NCBI RefSeq assembly: GCF_964204645.1
Contig: NC_134028.1
Location: forward strand, 2,480,001 to 2,544,000
Direction of reading: 5' to 3'
Length of the DNA stretch: 64,000 bases
Source: Tubulanus polymorphus
Lineage: Eukaryota > Animalia > Nemertea
In this document: in pieces, positions 1-13,133 of the stretch
Numbering within the stretch: position 1 is the stretch's first letter
Layout: the number at the start of each line of letters is the position of its first letter
The notes under the pieces: generated by a model
Told to the model about the DNA's origin: nothing
What the model saw: the letters and a program-made list of their open reading frames with translations, nothing else
Databases searched by the model: none
Translations under genes and position numbers: made by a program

Positions 1-1909
1 GTGGTGACACAGCTCTAACTACTAGCACCGGTACTAGCACCGGACCCGACTTAGGCCTTTCACCGAGTAAGAGACATAACTGTAACAATTCATACGAAAA
101 TATATGGTCTTTTTACGGTACGAGAAAATATTGCGTGGAGAATCATCACCGGATGTTTTGGGAATTCTTTCCACAGCAGTGATATATTCATTTTACCAGA
201 ACCCTGGAATATCAAAACAACCGTTTTACCGATCCCGGAGCTTCAGTCCATGCTTCTAGGGGACTTCGGATGTTTTACCGAACGGAATTCGTTAATGGTT
301 CTCTTAACCTTAGTGGAAAATCCTTAATCTTATCCTTTTCTCGGGAGAAGCGGGTTAAGTTGAGCGGGACATTTGTTCGGATATATCTGTTTTGTTCTTC
401 ATCTACGTCATCAACCTAGAATTTTACGGTGCAGAAACTTGTTTTATTGCTTACCCGATAAATAAAAGCTGACAGCATGAAAGCGAATGTCTCACATTTT
501 GGCTTTCTATATAAGCATATGTCAACTATGCATAATTTGTGCTGGTTTTAAATGTTGCTCTTCCTGCAATAGATATCCTATTAGAAATTTTGTGATTAAA
601 CGATTTATTTGTATTAGCGTTATGGTTCCGTCCTCTTGTTGAACAACAATCATCTTACCCCACTCCAGGGGGCTCTGTGTTTTTTTTTACGACAAAACCT
701 GCGCAAATCGATGTCAATTTTTCGATGGTGAAATCAGTCGCTCCGGCAAACATGACAACATTGCATCGAATAAACAGATCTGAGCGAAAATTGCTCGAAC
801 AAACTAAATGCAATTAATGATTAAGGGTGTTTGCGATGGATACACATCATCACCTCATTCAAATAAATCTAAAGGATTCAACAAATTAATGTATTTTGCC
901 GCTGAATAGAATCTGGTCAACACTGTTTGTTAGCGAATCATTAACAACGTTTTATTGCAACGCTGCTAAAAACTTAGATGGATATCAAATGAAACTTGTA
1001 GAACTCGTAAAACCGTAAATGACGCGCGCGACTGTCGAGCCTTGCGAATAGCGCTGCATGTTTTTTGTCGAAAGAAACCGAAATGATGCGTAAAATGTTA
1101 AACGAGTTAATGCGGAAGGCGAAAGCGCAGTAAAACTTGTGAAAGATGTTGATTTTCGATTTGGAATCGGCATCGTACCAGCTAGCTGATCATTTCAAGC
1201 ATATTATCAATGGTCGCCACGCAACCCAAAGGGTATTTCGATGAATATCCTCACTGACAATCATTATCACAAATATCCGTTAGCTATAACGCCTCTTTTA
1301 TGCTGTGTAAAAAACGGTATATTCAGCGTGCAAATGTCTGATACTTTTGAAATAGTCAAAATTTCTCAACCATATTGTAATCGAAAACGTGTTAATCCGG
1401 CAACATCCATTAGGCAAGCATAACTTCATTTCCGTTTTCTGATCAAAGCATCCGGCAAAATCGATGTGCACGGTAATGTGCGTTGTTTAGGAATATCATT
1501 ACACAGCGTTGATTTGTTAAGTACATAACTACCTGTCCCATGACATGTAAAGTACGGAGGATTTAGCCAGTGATGGGTTTATTTGCGAATGAAAACTATT
1601 ACATCGTCAAGATCATTGTCAATATTATAGTCTTAGTCGAATCATGGACTCTGTGTTTATTCTGAAATCATTGCCAAACCAATATCCCGATATACAATTC
1701 CGCAGAGACTGCGCATTATAGTGTGACTTACTGTATTAAACTAGATTTTATGTAGTTGTACAAGAATCATAATTAACGATTGTTCTAACTATAACCAAAT
1801 AACATAATACTTATCTAATACACTTCTATGATTATCTGATTATTAAATATTCTGAGATTAAAGTTGATACAGATATATACGTATATATTGCGAAGAGTAA
1901 ATCGCATTT

Positions 1910-3662
1910 TCAGGACAAGGTGCTGTTTGAACACTCTGAGTTCGGTCCGCCATTTTCAGCCTGTTTGAACTGTATAACTATGATGAGGTAGGTAAGCAAC
2001 GTGCCAAGAACCTGCAAAAATAGATTTTAGAGAACAGCAAATTCTATGAATTTATTCGAAGCAAACGGATTCGTAAAACTGGGGAGCTCAAGTTAGGAAT
2101 ATAAAGGCAGGGGGCACTGAATGTAAACGGCCCTTTTTGAAATGGAACTTTCTGCTCGCTTTACGTTTGGTAAGTTATGTCGAGAAGAACAAAACGAAAA
2201 TTCTACAATAAAAAATGTCCAAAATTCCTTGGGCGAGGGCTCGCAAATGCTTCTTCTGGCTCCGTCAAATTCTACTCCTTCAAAATCCTGGAGACGCCCA
2301 CAAGGAACTTATTTTTCACTTTATATTTACTGAGAGAATGAAATCGGCATCAATTACGAAGAGTCCCAATCCACTAAATCCAATCGAAGGGCCATTTAAA
2401 CGTTGCAGGAACATGATCAACTAAAACCGAAAAAATATATATGAGACTTATTTAGAAGTTATTTCTTCGATGTTACAAGAAAACTACGTCCTTATTTACC
2501 TCAGTTGCATCTTTATCTGATAATGTATGTTGATTAATGGTATAGACCTCTTCAGCAGGGGCATGAGCCTGTAGACATAAATTGAATGTGTTCTTTATTA
2601 TACTGTTAATATGTAATTGTTCAGAATCGTAAGCAGGAACAGTCTTACCTCATTGTTAACCATCAAACCAAGTACTGTTAAACATAAAAGACAAGCAAGC
2701 GATGACAATAACCACATGATTAACGTCATCAAAACTTCGATTTTCACATATCCCTGTTTGATAATGTCGTAAACTACAAGACATATCATTACTAACGACG
2801 ACACGTAACCAGCCACGATATAGAATGAGAAATAACTGCGTATCGGTTTCAGAAATTCACAGATTTTTGTGTGCCATCCTCTGAAATATTGTGAGGATTT
2901 ACTGCTATCGGGCGACGATATTTTACCTTCACGAATCGAGTCTGTTAGACGCGCGTTCAAATTTGCGAATTCCTTTCGGACGAGATTTGCACAAACGATA
3001 AATAAAGGTACCAAAGTTTGCGTAGCGAAATTACTGAACAGCTGTAGAAAGGCAAGAAATGGTACGAAATACGGTAAATTCGGGTCGAGGATGGATATTG
3101 GAGAGATATACTCGGGCATCGATGCGAAATAAGAACTCGGCATTAGAGCACCATACACAGCCGATAATATCCCCGACACTACGACAAATATTACAAACCC
3201 AGACATGACTTTTACCCATTTTCTTGTTGATTCGACAAGACTTTCATCCTTGTCGTCATCATGTTTGTGATTATTCAGTTTCGTCCACAAACGGCAAAAT
3301 TCCTGAAACCAGCATTTCTTTGCCGCATAGATTAACGCGATATGAACGGCCAGCGACAGCAACGAAAACATTCCGAATATGAACTTCATTCCGAATGACC
3401 TGCTGATTCCAGCCCATAATCTCTTGTCAAAATGAACCAATAATGTCCTCACAAAATTAATAAAGCTTATAAAAACTGCCGTGAAACAGTAGATTTTGTG
3501 AATTTTCCCGGCCATAGTGTAAGTCATATTCTCGTCGTACCAGGTACCGCATACTTTCATACAAATCATCAACGGCCGAAAACAAATCCACAAACGGTTT
3601 TCAGCGATTGTTTTGGCAGAACTCGACGTTGATCTTAACGTTCTCACTTTTGTCGAAATCAT
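1910..3662 (-). CDS. Gustatory receptor-like (GRL/7TMIC) protein, 4 exons: 3662-2649, 2568-2500, 2420-2331, 2011-1910
   Basis: A long hydrophobic first exon is followed by three phase-0 GT-AG introns. The spliced C-terminus reads ...LMVNNE|AHAPAEEVYTINQHTLSDKDATE|LIMFLQRLNGPSIGFSGLGLFVIDADFILS|VLGTLLTYLIIVIQF..., which contains the TYxxxxxQF signature of insect GRs and GRLs. Confidence 0.88.
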
Positions 3663-6600
3663 GATGAAGCTTCAACCACGTCCCGTCCACCAGTTAGAAT
3701 AGGACGTTTGTAAATGATGCTCGCGACAAATAGCAGTTGGATGACCTCATCGTAGAGCAGGATGAATGTAAACACGCGTCGCGATGTTTGCAGTTTTTCA
3801 ATACTTCTATTCTGCTATCTATGAAACAAGCATGGTTAACGTTAATTGACGAATTTGGAACTAATTTCATCATCGAATGTGTGAATACCTGAACGATATT
3901 CCGCCAGATGTCGGCATTGATATTCAGGCACGCGAACATATTTTCACATCGCTGTCCGCCCGTTCCAGTCCAGAATGACCAAAATGGGTTTTTCACTTTT
4001 AATTGATCAGATCTCAGGAAAAATTGCTTATCCAATCGAAAACGTTGAGAGATTTTCATAGTTTCATATTACTTTCTATATAGTTTTATATATTAGTTTA
4101 ATATCATAGATTTATATAATTCTATTTTTTGAAATTCCATTTCCTTTGCTAGAAATTATTCTTAAAGTGCTACATGTCGTTTAATGCATGGCCGTCTTCG
4201 AAGATTAATGCGATTATTCTAAGATCCGTGCATTAAAACAGCTCCGAACGTGACTAGATTGTAGATTAAAATGAAAATGATCGTAATCATCAATCAAACT
4301 AAATCGAGTAACGCGGCTAGATAAAGCAGTTTAAAACAGGTGAATCTACAAATTGTTAATCGGATCGGTTTATATTAAACACATACAATTACTGACCCGT
4401 GAATCACATTTGTGTCTAAAAATGACTGCATTGTTCTATTTAAACGCTCCTCAACCACGAGAGAAAGGAGTTCAGAATAAGCATGACATTTACAGTACTA
4501 TACAGATATACTAAATATCAGCGTGTCCCACAGGAGGTTTATGGTTCAAATTTGTGTTGCCCGCTCTTAAAACATTTTATCTATAAAGCACTATTTACCA
4601 ATGAACCAAATTCAAATCTCTCTCTTGCAATAGAATAATAGAAAACTAAAACAGTTTTTTGCACTTCTCTTGTGTTAAAGTGGCCTCGATGTGTAAATAT
4701 TCGAGTCAAATAGTAGAAAATTGTGTTGATAGTACTTCACACATTCTTGAATTATTATTCGGTTTTATTTGACATTCGTGTGAACGAGATGAACCGAATT
4801 TAAAAGCATTGCCGATACATATTTGTATCCGTACTCTGTAGTAATTAATCCACTGTAAACTATAACAGAATTTACGAAAATGTAAACATGTCACAACCAA
4901 GTTCATCATAAATGCAAGGTTGGAACCATACGAATATCACTTCTTAGAACTCCCTGCACCCTATCAACGCGTATGAAAACAAGTTTTGATTTTTCGTTGC
5001 CATCCACGGCATCCAATTACTGGATGAAGCTTTCCATTCGTCATTTTCAACAATGTATATTTCCCAAGGGTCGTTATGCGTCGAGCGAGAAATTTACCGT
5101 GAAATTGAGCTTCTATAACGTTTTCATTCGGTTGCTAATTCAATCATGGACTCTAAAAACGGACGAGTCGATGGTTTAATTAATATGCAGCAGACCTCGT
5201 TATTTATATACGTACTATCGGAAGACATGACTGAAAAACCACGTATTTTATGATAACAGATCTCCTCGAAGAAGACCCGCGCCAGACAAAAATAGTTAAA
5301 TAGTTTTTGTAGCACAGAAATCAATCATTTCTACGCGACAGCAATTTCCGTTTGCATCCACGGGACGAAAGTAACCGGTAGATTTATGCTGTCAGTTAGC
5401 GCTACTGTCGGTTGGTACCTATTTCGTTTAGTCAGTAGATTTCGTTTCATAGTTTCTCGACGTTCGTACCGCAATGTACTATTTTATTCATTCGGAATGC
5501 TCACTAACAGCTTTGTCTGCATTTCGAATTGTCGCCAAACCCCGACTTTGTGGAAACGAGATCTAAACAAACAAATATAATTTGATCATATCGAAGAAAT
5601 CATATTTATTCTGGGACACCGCGCAGATTAATCTTACCGCGGAGTTAGCGTATTACTAAACGCTGAAATACACGTGACGCGTCGGTTAGTTAACGGTAGT
5701 TAACTAAAGAGTTAATCGTTTTATTGGTCGAATAAAACCATAAAAGCCTTCGGTATTAATAAGCACAACAGACAGATTTAAAATGTGGCGGACAGAGGAA
5801 AGATTGCGGGAACGACTCGTTGATATACCGGCACATGAACGAAATTAGTAAACGTAGTCTATTGCAGTAATGCAGACATTCGGACGATGGAATTAAGAAG
5901 ATGCGTGGTTCTTTGAAACGAAATCTAATTCTAGATTGCCATTACGTGGCATCTAATGGAAATTGAACGGATATATCTCAATCTGTTCGGTGGCGTAATT
6001 CTTTCGCGTAAAACAAATATTTAGCCAGGAACGTCACAGCTTGGTGCGACTTAGAAAGTGAATCGGGATTCATTAGCTCGCATTAATCGGTGCGTGCATT
6101 GCTGGAACAGATAGGTGAGGGATCTTATACGTACTATAACCTGTTTGACATTCAAACCACTAAAATACTGGAGGTCGTCGAAAAAATTCTTAGGATTTAT
6201 GCAGTAATCAGAGGAACCCGCGCGTACTGCTCACGTAGAATACTTATATTATACTTAATTTGCGACGTTTGCGGACAATACTTTAAACCGGCTGATAATG
6301 ACAAGACTCTTACTATAGCGTCGCTGCCGTGATAAATAAACTCACCGACAGTTTGACATGCGGCGAATATTAATCGCATTTAAATTGATACCGTTCGCGA
6401 TAAATAACAGCGGCAAAGATTTTAATGTAGTAGAAATTTAATTTATAATGTCGTAAAATGATGGATTTTTTCTGCAATTATATGTAATATATAAGTGTTG
6501 TGCGCAGTATCGTGTATAGACTCGCAGATATCAGTCAGCATGTACACCGGAAGTGAGTAATTAAACTCTATTTAGACCGTCGTTGTAGATATCAAATTCT

Positions 6601-6673
6601 CAAATATTAATCGTAATACACCACGTGATATCTAGTACAAGATATATATACGTATATATATATCATCTGCACA

Positions 6674-8080
6674 ATGGTGGCTAACAGACTCTCGGGGACT
6701 GAGCGATCGCCGAACGTCGTGAAACTTTTCCAGGCTATAACCGACACCCGATTTAAAGAAGTGCAACGACTTCTCGTCAATTACGGCGTTCCGATTAACT
6801 GCAGGAACGAAGAAGGCGACGGTGTTTTGACGGTGGCTTTGTTCATCGACGACGACGCGAAACGTTCGAAATTATTTCAATATTTACTTCGTCGAGGTGC
6901 GAATAGCTGTTTCGTAAATAAAGAAAACGGAATGTGCGTTTTGTCGTGGGCTTGTAGTTTGGGAAGAATTTCCGAAGTGCAACAGATTTTCGACAACGCG
7001 CTCGGGAATATTGATTTACGAAGTCCCGACGAAACTGGTAAGACGCCGTTGCATCACGCGACCATGTCCGGTGACGTTGATGTGGTTCATTTAGTATTGG
7101 ACCACATGAAGAAATATCACCTGCCCGTCGACGTACCCGATAAAGATGGCTTGACTCCGTATCTCTACGCCAGAAGATTAGGTTTCAATCATATCGCGGA
7201 CATGTTGAATAAGCGAGGAAATGCGGCTAAGAAACAGTTCGACAGTATGACTTTCCGTACGGGAACATTTTGGCAAGAAGAAGGGCAGAAACGAAGAGAA
7301 ATTGACGTGTATAATCAACAAAAGGATTGGGAAAGATGGGCACGGATACTAGGCCGATTACCGTCGATGCAAAGACACGTAAAGATGGCTCGAAAACTAC
7401 CACCATTAATTCAAATTACGGACGAAAGTTCTTTGAAATCGGGTGAGATAGTAAACAATAATAGCGCCAGAACTCCATCACTGTCACCGGTAAATGAGTC
7501 CATCGCATCGAGATCGACTTTTCGGAGTTCGCAGAAGCTGAATTTTGGACGATTGAACGGTAGAATTCAAGCGATGAGTCCTCTTTTAGCGAATTCTAAT
7601 AACGCGCTATCGTCAAGATCTCTGTTGTTTAATGGCGATTCAGCTTCGGAAACCGAAAATAGTAAATCATTCGGTGCGACGATGCAATTGCTCGCCGAAA
7701 TGAAGGGTGAACACGTACAGAATTTTGTTGGTAGTGTTTCAGTGCTCGACGACGCTGACGGTGTAAAAGGGCAGGATGCAGGATTGAATCCCGGAACAAA
7801 TTTGACGGCCATGATGGACGTGCTTTCTCAACAGTCGACGAAAGCTTTTAGACAGACGACGAAGAAGCCGCCGACACCGCCACCACCTGTGGTTAAATCG
7901 AAGAAAAAGAGATCCAAACTTTCATCTTTAGCGATCATAATGGGTCGAATAGGCACGCCTCGTAAGTTTAAACCTGTGCGCAGAGGCAAACAGTCGGCGC
8001 AAAATTCTAAAAAGCCCTCAACAACCCCAACAAATCTGAGGCGTAAAAGAAACGCAGGGAGCAAGTTAAGCGTTCTTTAG
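6674..8080 (+). CDS. Intronless ankyrin-repeat protein with a Ser/Pro/Lys-rich disordered C-terminus
   Basis: 468-aa ORF with ANK motifs (GKTPLHHA, GLTPYLYA, GMCVLSWAC) in the N-terminal ~180 aa. Confidence 0.85.
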   Translation: MVANRLSGTERSPNVVKLFQAITDTRFKEVQRLLVNYGVPINCRNEEGDGVLTVALFIDDDAKRSKLFQYLLRRGANSCFVNKENGMCVLSWACSLGRISEVQQIFDNALGNIDLRSPDETGKTPLHHATMSGDVDVVHLVLDHMKKYHLPVDVPDKDGLTPYLYARRLGFNHIADMLNKRGNAAKKQFDSMTFRTGTFWQEEGQKRREIDVYNQQKDWERWARILGRLPSMQRHVKMARKLPPLIQITDESSLKSGEIVNNNSARTPSLSPVNESIASRSTFRSSQKLNFGRLNGRIQAMSPLLANSNNALSSRSLLFNGDSASETENSKSFGATMQLLAEMKGEHVQNFVGSVSVLDDADGVKGQDAGLNPGTNLTAMMDVLSQQSTKAFRQTTKKPPTPPPPVVKSKKKRSKLSSLAIIMGRIGTPRKFKPVRRGKQSAQNSKKPSTTPTNLRRKRNAGSKLSVL

Positions 8081-8542
8081 ACGATTATCTACTCGCAGAT
8101 AAACCTTCTTTGAACTTTCACTGTCTTATATACGTAGATCTTAAGAATCTGAAGAGAAAGTGTTTCGAAAGAAATACCTAAACTACAGTTTTTGAATTTC
8201 AATACAATTTTGTAATGTACGTTAAAAGCGCCGTAACGGATTTACACCTGAAAAGACTAATCTCCGCGCAGACTTAAACGTGAATTGAAAATTCAATGTG
8301 TAACATACGTGTTCGGCGTTAATGTAATATCCATTAGCTTCAATTAGCGTAATGAGTCACTTTAAGTCGTTATATCGCTTCTGACAGGTTGGCATCGTTT
8401 TCTATATTACGTTCAACATGTTGTCACGCCAAAGCTAGAACATTCGAATTTCAATAAAGATATCTATATCTGGTCATGTGAGCAAAAACTTAAATAGACT
8501 TCAATTCTTGATAATCCTTTATGGATTATTTCCTTCTCCAGT

Positions 8543-8626
8543 TCCACAATTGTGAGTTTAGAGTTAACTCTGAGTTCATCTTCAATGAGTTAAGTCTAGA
8601 GTCAAATATCAACTCACAACTGTGGA
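8543..8626. repeat. Short inverted-repeat element (MITE-like)
   Basis: Arms TCCACAATTGTGAGTT (8543-8558) and AACTCACAACTGTGGA (8611-8626) are complementary with one mismatch. There is an internal palindrome AGAGTTAACTCT. Confidence 0.55.
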
Positions 8627-11600
8627 CCCTGATGTCATTCAAAATTGACGACTGGTATGCGACATATAATATCAACAACTGTCAGACCAACTTCGAACCA
8701 GCAAGTTGGAGCAAATCTGGCCAAACAGCAGATTGCTGTGACATTATTGCAGTAACCTTTCATTTTACATATTTTATTTATTTGTCCTTATTTCCGAATA
8801 ATCTTCTCACGATTAGCGGTTGTCTAACTATGCGCACACTATGATTTCATTTAGTAATACACAATGAATTACGTAATGGTAACAGTCGTTCGTAGGATTT
8901 TGCAAACGGATTTTGCGGCAGGCAAGAAAATCTTATTTTGACAAGACGATAAGCATTTGATCGGTAACTGCAACAGAAATCCTCAAAAATTCATATAAAC
9001 ACAACTAAGATGAATTAATCGAACATTTCGTAAGGGGAAAAAAACAAACAGATCTTTTTCATTTTCATACGTAACTGATTCATACATTCGTCCTATGTGT
9101 GAAGGGAGCATGTGGTTATTTCACACAGGGATCCACGAATAATCAGTAAAATGATGGTAAAAACTACTCAAACGTGGCGAACTCCATCAATGAACACATA
9201 TTTGTGTCGACAGCACCACATATTCTATATATATATACAACGTTTCCAGTCACGATATGTGACCAGCTGTTGCAGATGTATTGAGAAATAGAGACGCCTA
9301 TCAGAGTGATTTACATAAGAAATGAACATTGGTCGATCAATACGATGGCTCATACCACACAGGCGGCGCGTATGGAATGATGGAATGAATTTTCAGGTTT
9401 ATCCCGCACATTAAATCAGATGATCTGTTTAAATAACTGAATCGGGAGAACTCTTTCTTTAACGTGGTATAACGATCGATGGAGAGCGAAACGTTTTGAG
9501 TAGTTCTCGCATTTCGTTTCTGTTTCGCTCCAACACGACCGGCTGTCTGGATAAACGATTGTTTTTAGGTGGGAACGCGGACATCGGGAGAGCTTATCCC
9601 ACCGATAACGCTGATAAGCTCGGTTAATTACGTGTGTATACGATCTGATATCGTCTGCGGTGAATATTATGTCGTTCTTAATTTACGGCGATGCGATTGA
9701 TGCAAGAACGGTGTGGACCTGTTTGAATTTGAATTGTTTGATCGTTGCAGTATAATGACAGATTAGATTTAGTGTGAGTAATCTTGTTCTCGGTGGAGGA
9801 ACCTTCCGATATAAAAACTATTTCACCCATTTTCATCTTAGAATAAACCAATATTCTAAACAAAAAATAATCATATCATTCAATATGTACATATATCATA
9901 TAGCACAAACACGTAATTTGTCATGTTACGACCACTTGTTCAAAAATTGTGTGTCATTTCAAGATATAACGTTCGTAGTTACATCCATTTCATATTGGAA
10001 TGAATTTCATTTTCAAATAGTGATAGCATAAAAACCTGTGTACAAATATACAATGCTGTTATTACTGGTTGAAGCGCCCTAAGAAGAATAATGTTCATAA
10101 TAACCGAGCTTACACGCACATTTTACATGTATCCATACGCTCAAAAATGTCTTCGCTATCGACAACCAATTTTCGATGTTATGGTAAATCACATTGACCA
10201 TTTTGGTCGCCTAAATGAAGCTTCAGCTGTCTCGAGTCAGACGTACTTGTCAACTGTAGGGAGTGGCCATCTGTTTGTCCACCTTCGATTAATCAATGAT
10301 TAAATACGTCATATATTTATCGTGTACTATATAGAACAAGTAATTATCATAGATGTGTCGGATATCTCAACGTGGGGCCTGATTATCAGGGTAGGTGAAT
10401 ATATCAGATTTTTCAGATTTGACTTGTTTCATTATTTGCCACAATGCGACTCTTTTGATTGTTTGGGTCAGATTAAACACATTTAGCTAATTTTTTTTTC
10501 AAATGTACGTATTTCTTTAACACATCAGCATCCATTGGAATTTTTTCTTTGAATCGTTGCTTAACGATATGGCGTTAAATGATAAGTGATAAGATGAATA
10601 AGATATCTTGCGAAATTAATTAATGCTGGCATCATATTTTTGACTTGATAAGAAGATGACAATGGTTTTTTGGAGGCGTTTGATTTACCGTTTAGCCATT
10701 TTATTGGTATACATGAAAATAACAAATATACATGTGTTAAATGATTTACAATCATCGATATGAAACTAGCTGTGAATGGTTTTCATGTCGTATTTCGATA
10801 TCCGAAAAAATCGATAAAATGAATCAGACAAATGAAATGTAATGAAGGATTACCAACTTCCGGTTGGGTGTACTCCTACGCAACTGGTCTATTCGCCGTG
10901 TATAGTTTACTCGGGCGCAGATGGCGGATAAATCAATTATTGATCAGAATCATATTAAATATAACACTGGAACTATAAATTAAAGAAAATATCGAATCAC
11001 GTACAATAACTATAAACATGCACAAATTCTACAAGACTGATAATGAGCGACGAGTAACCGAATAGTTTATAGTGAATAAACTCCCGAACAAATTCGATTC
11101 TAATTAGATTTAAGTACTAGAAGTATAAAAATGAATATTTAGTTTTGAATACAATCATCAAATGAAAATGAATCATTCACAATCGGGATTGCTTTAGATA
11201 TACATAAGCCAGAAAGTTGAGCATTGATGATGTTTATTTCGTCAAACTGTTTACACTTGTACATATTATGACAATTAATGATAATGAGAACAAAATTATT
11301 AATAATACAGATGACGTTACGTTTTTCACAATACAGAATCTTAATTGACAGATAGGTAATTATTTCAATTAGTATCACGTAGATTGACTGCGAGCACAGA
11401 AGCTCAAGCTCTGAAAATTTGAAGATATTCGGATTACGAGTGTAGTATCTTGGTAAAAGGTATCTTCGTCAACATCTTCAACAGCGCTGCGAAGGATCGT
11501 TTGGAAGGACCAGATTGTTAGCGAAACAAAGCCGAAGCTCTGAACCATATCATTTAAATATACTTTCGATTTATTTACAACGTCAAAAACATATTTTTCA

Positions 11601-13133
11601 AGATATATTAGATTAGACAATGTTATTTGGCAACAGTTCATTTTATGCGAGTTTTAAAAGCCTAATCCCAGGTCCTTCATATGTTTACAAGCAACAGCTT
11701 GCTTTCGTTGATATTCATTGCGAAGGTATAATCGTATTCTGTAACGAGATATCTCGAGGCACTGCATTGTCAATTTGGATCGGGCGTGTTGTTTCTTCAT
11801 TTTAATAAGTCAAGGACCTAACTGCCGATGTACGTGTCACGTGCAATATACTGCGTCACGTGATCTTTGTCGGTGTCCTTGTGACCTCATTAGAATTGTA
11901 ACTTTATTTCTCACTGTCATCGCTTCACTATCTTGAATCAGGTACCACGAAAAAACCCACCAAGATGATACTTCATATTTTCAAAGCGAAAGCTATATAC
12001 TGTTGGCCTATGTAAAATTATGCAAACAACTAAATCTTCAATTCTGAAGATCAGGTCAGGCTAATCGTTTCAGACGAGTGAAAAAATAGATCAACAGAAT
12101 AGATCATCATTGATCACGAGAACATCTGTCATAATCGTGTCTACACAAAACCTATTCTGCATTGTTATGCAATCTATACCGGCATAAAATATGAGTGACA
12201 CGTGACCGTAACAGATCGACGACCTATTTTTTCACGGAAACCTTATTTGGATGATATTTTCTTTCATTTCGTCTAATTTACATCTGTATTCTTTCATACC
12301 TGGTCATATCATAGCGCCTAAAATAATTGAAAATTAGTTTCCTTGAATTATCATTTTTTCTAGATACTCTCAGTTTCAATTTAGTTCATTGCACAGAGCA
12401 CAAAATGTATAAATTCGATAGATGTAAATACAAATACTAATAACTAATACGATGATAATCATTCCAAGCGAAGGATCGTTAATATTTTTACAAAAACATG
12501 GCCAACTTAATTGAAATTTTTCTTTAAGGATCATATTACTTGAACGTTTACAATAAAGTTGAAGATGAAAATTAATTTCCACGATATTATGTCATAAAGA
12601 CATATAAAAAAATTATCTTACATACTACATGTTACTCTACCGTACTCAACTGGAAAAATGAAGGACCACGTGAAAATTGAGCCCTTGATCTTTGTCACTA
12701 ACATTATGATTATACTCTCGATATGGGCAGCTGGCAAAAGTCTCAGCACAATTAAAACTACGCAGTTCAGTAGGAAAATTGCACAATTTTGAAATAATTT
12801 TCAAAATCTACAATAAATTGTAGCTTAACAGAAAACTAGTCGGTATTGCACGCTTAGTTTATAAGGTAAGAATATCTGTTGGATCGGTGAATTATCATGC
12901 GTTAGATTTTCTTGTTAACGTCGAATTGAAATTTAAGTGAAATGTAGAATGCTGAATGAATTTCAAAATATTCCCAGGGATTCTATGAAACTGATAATGC
13001 AAGAATAAGTGTTACTCAACGGAGTTTGGACTGTTTTGTTTTATCCTAATAACAGACTTCATTGTGGATACAAACACATGGGAAAACCGAAATGAATGTA
13101 TCTTCATTTTCTGACTTTTTCAGAAGATATAGT

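Noticed and set aside
1-191. Possible minus-strand coding start running off the window edge
   Set aside because: The frame from the ATG at 191 stops after ~33 codons, and the other frames also close quickly.
9480-11641. GC-richer patches, a small GGAGAGCGAAAC/GTTTCGCTCC hairpin and short ORFs (e.g. 11375-11641)
   Set aside because: No frame-consistent exon chain, domain or pre-miRNA-quality stem could be supported.
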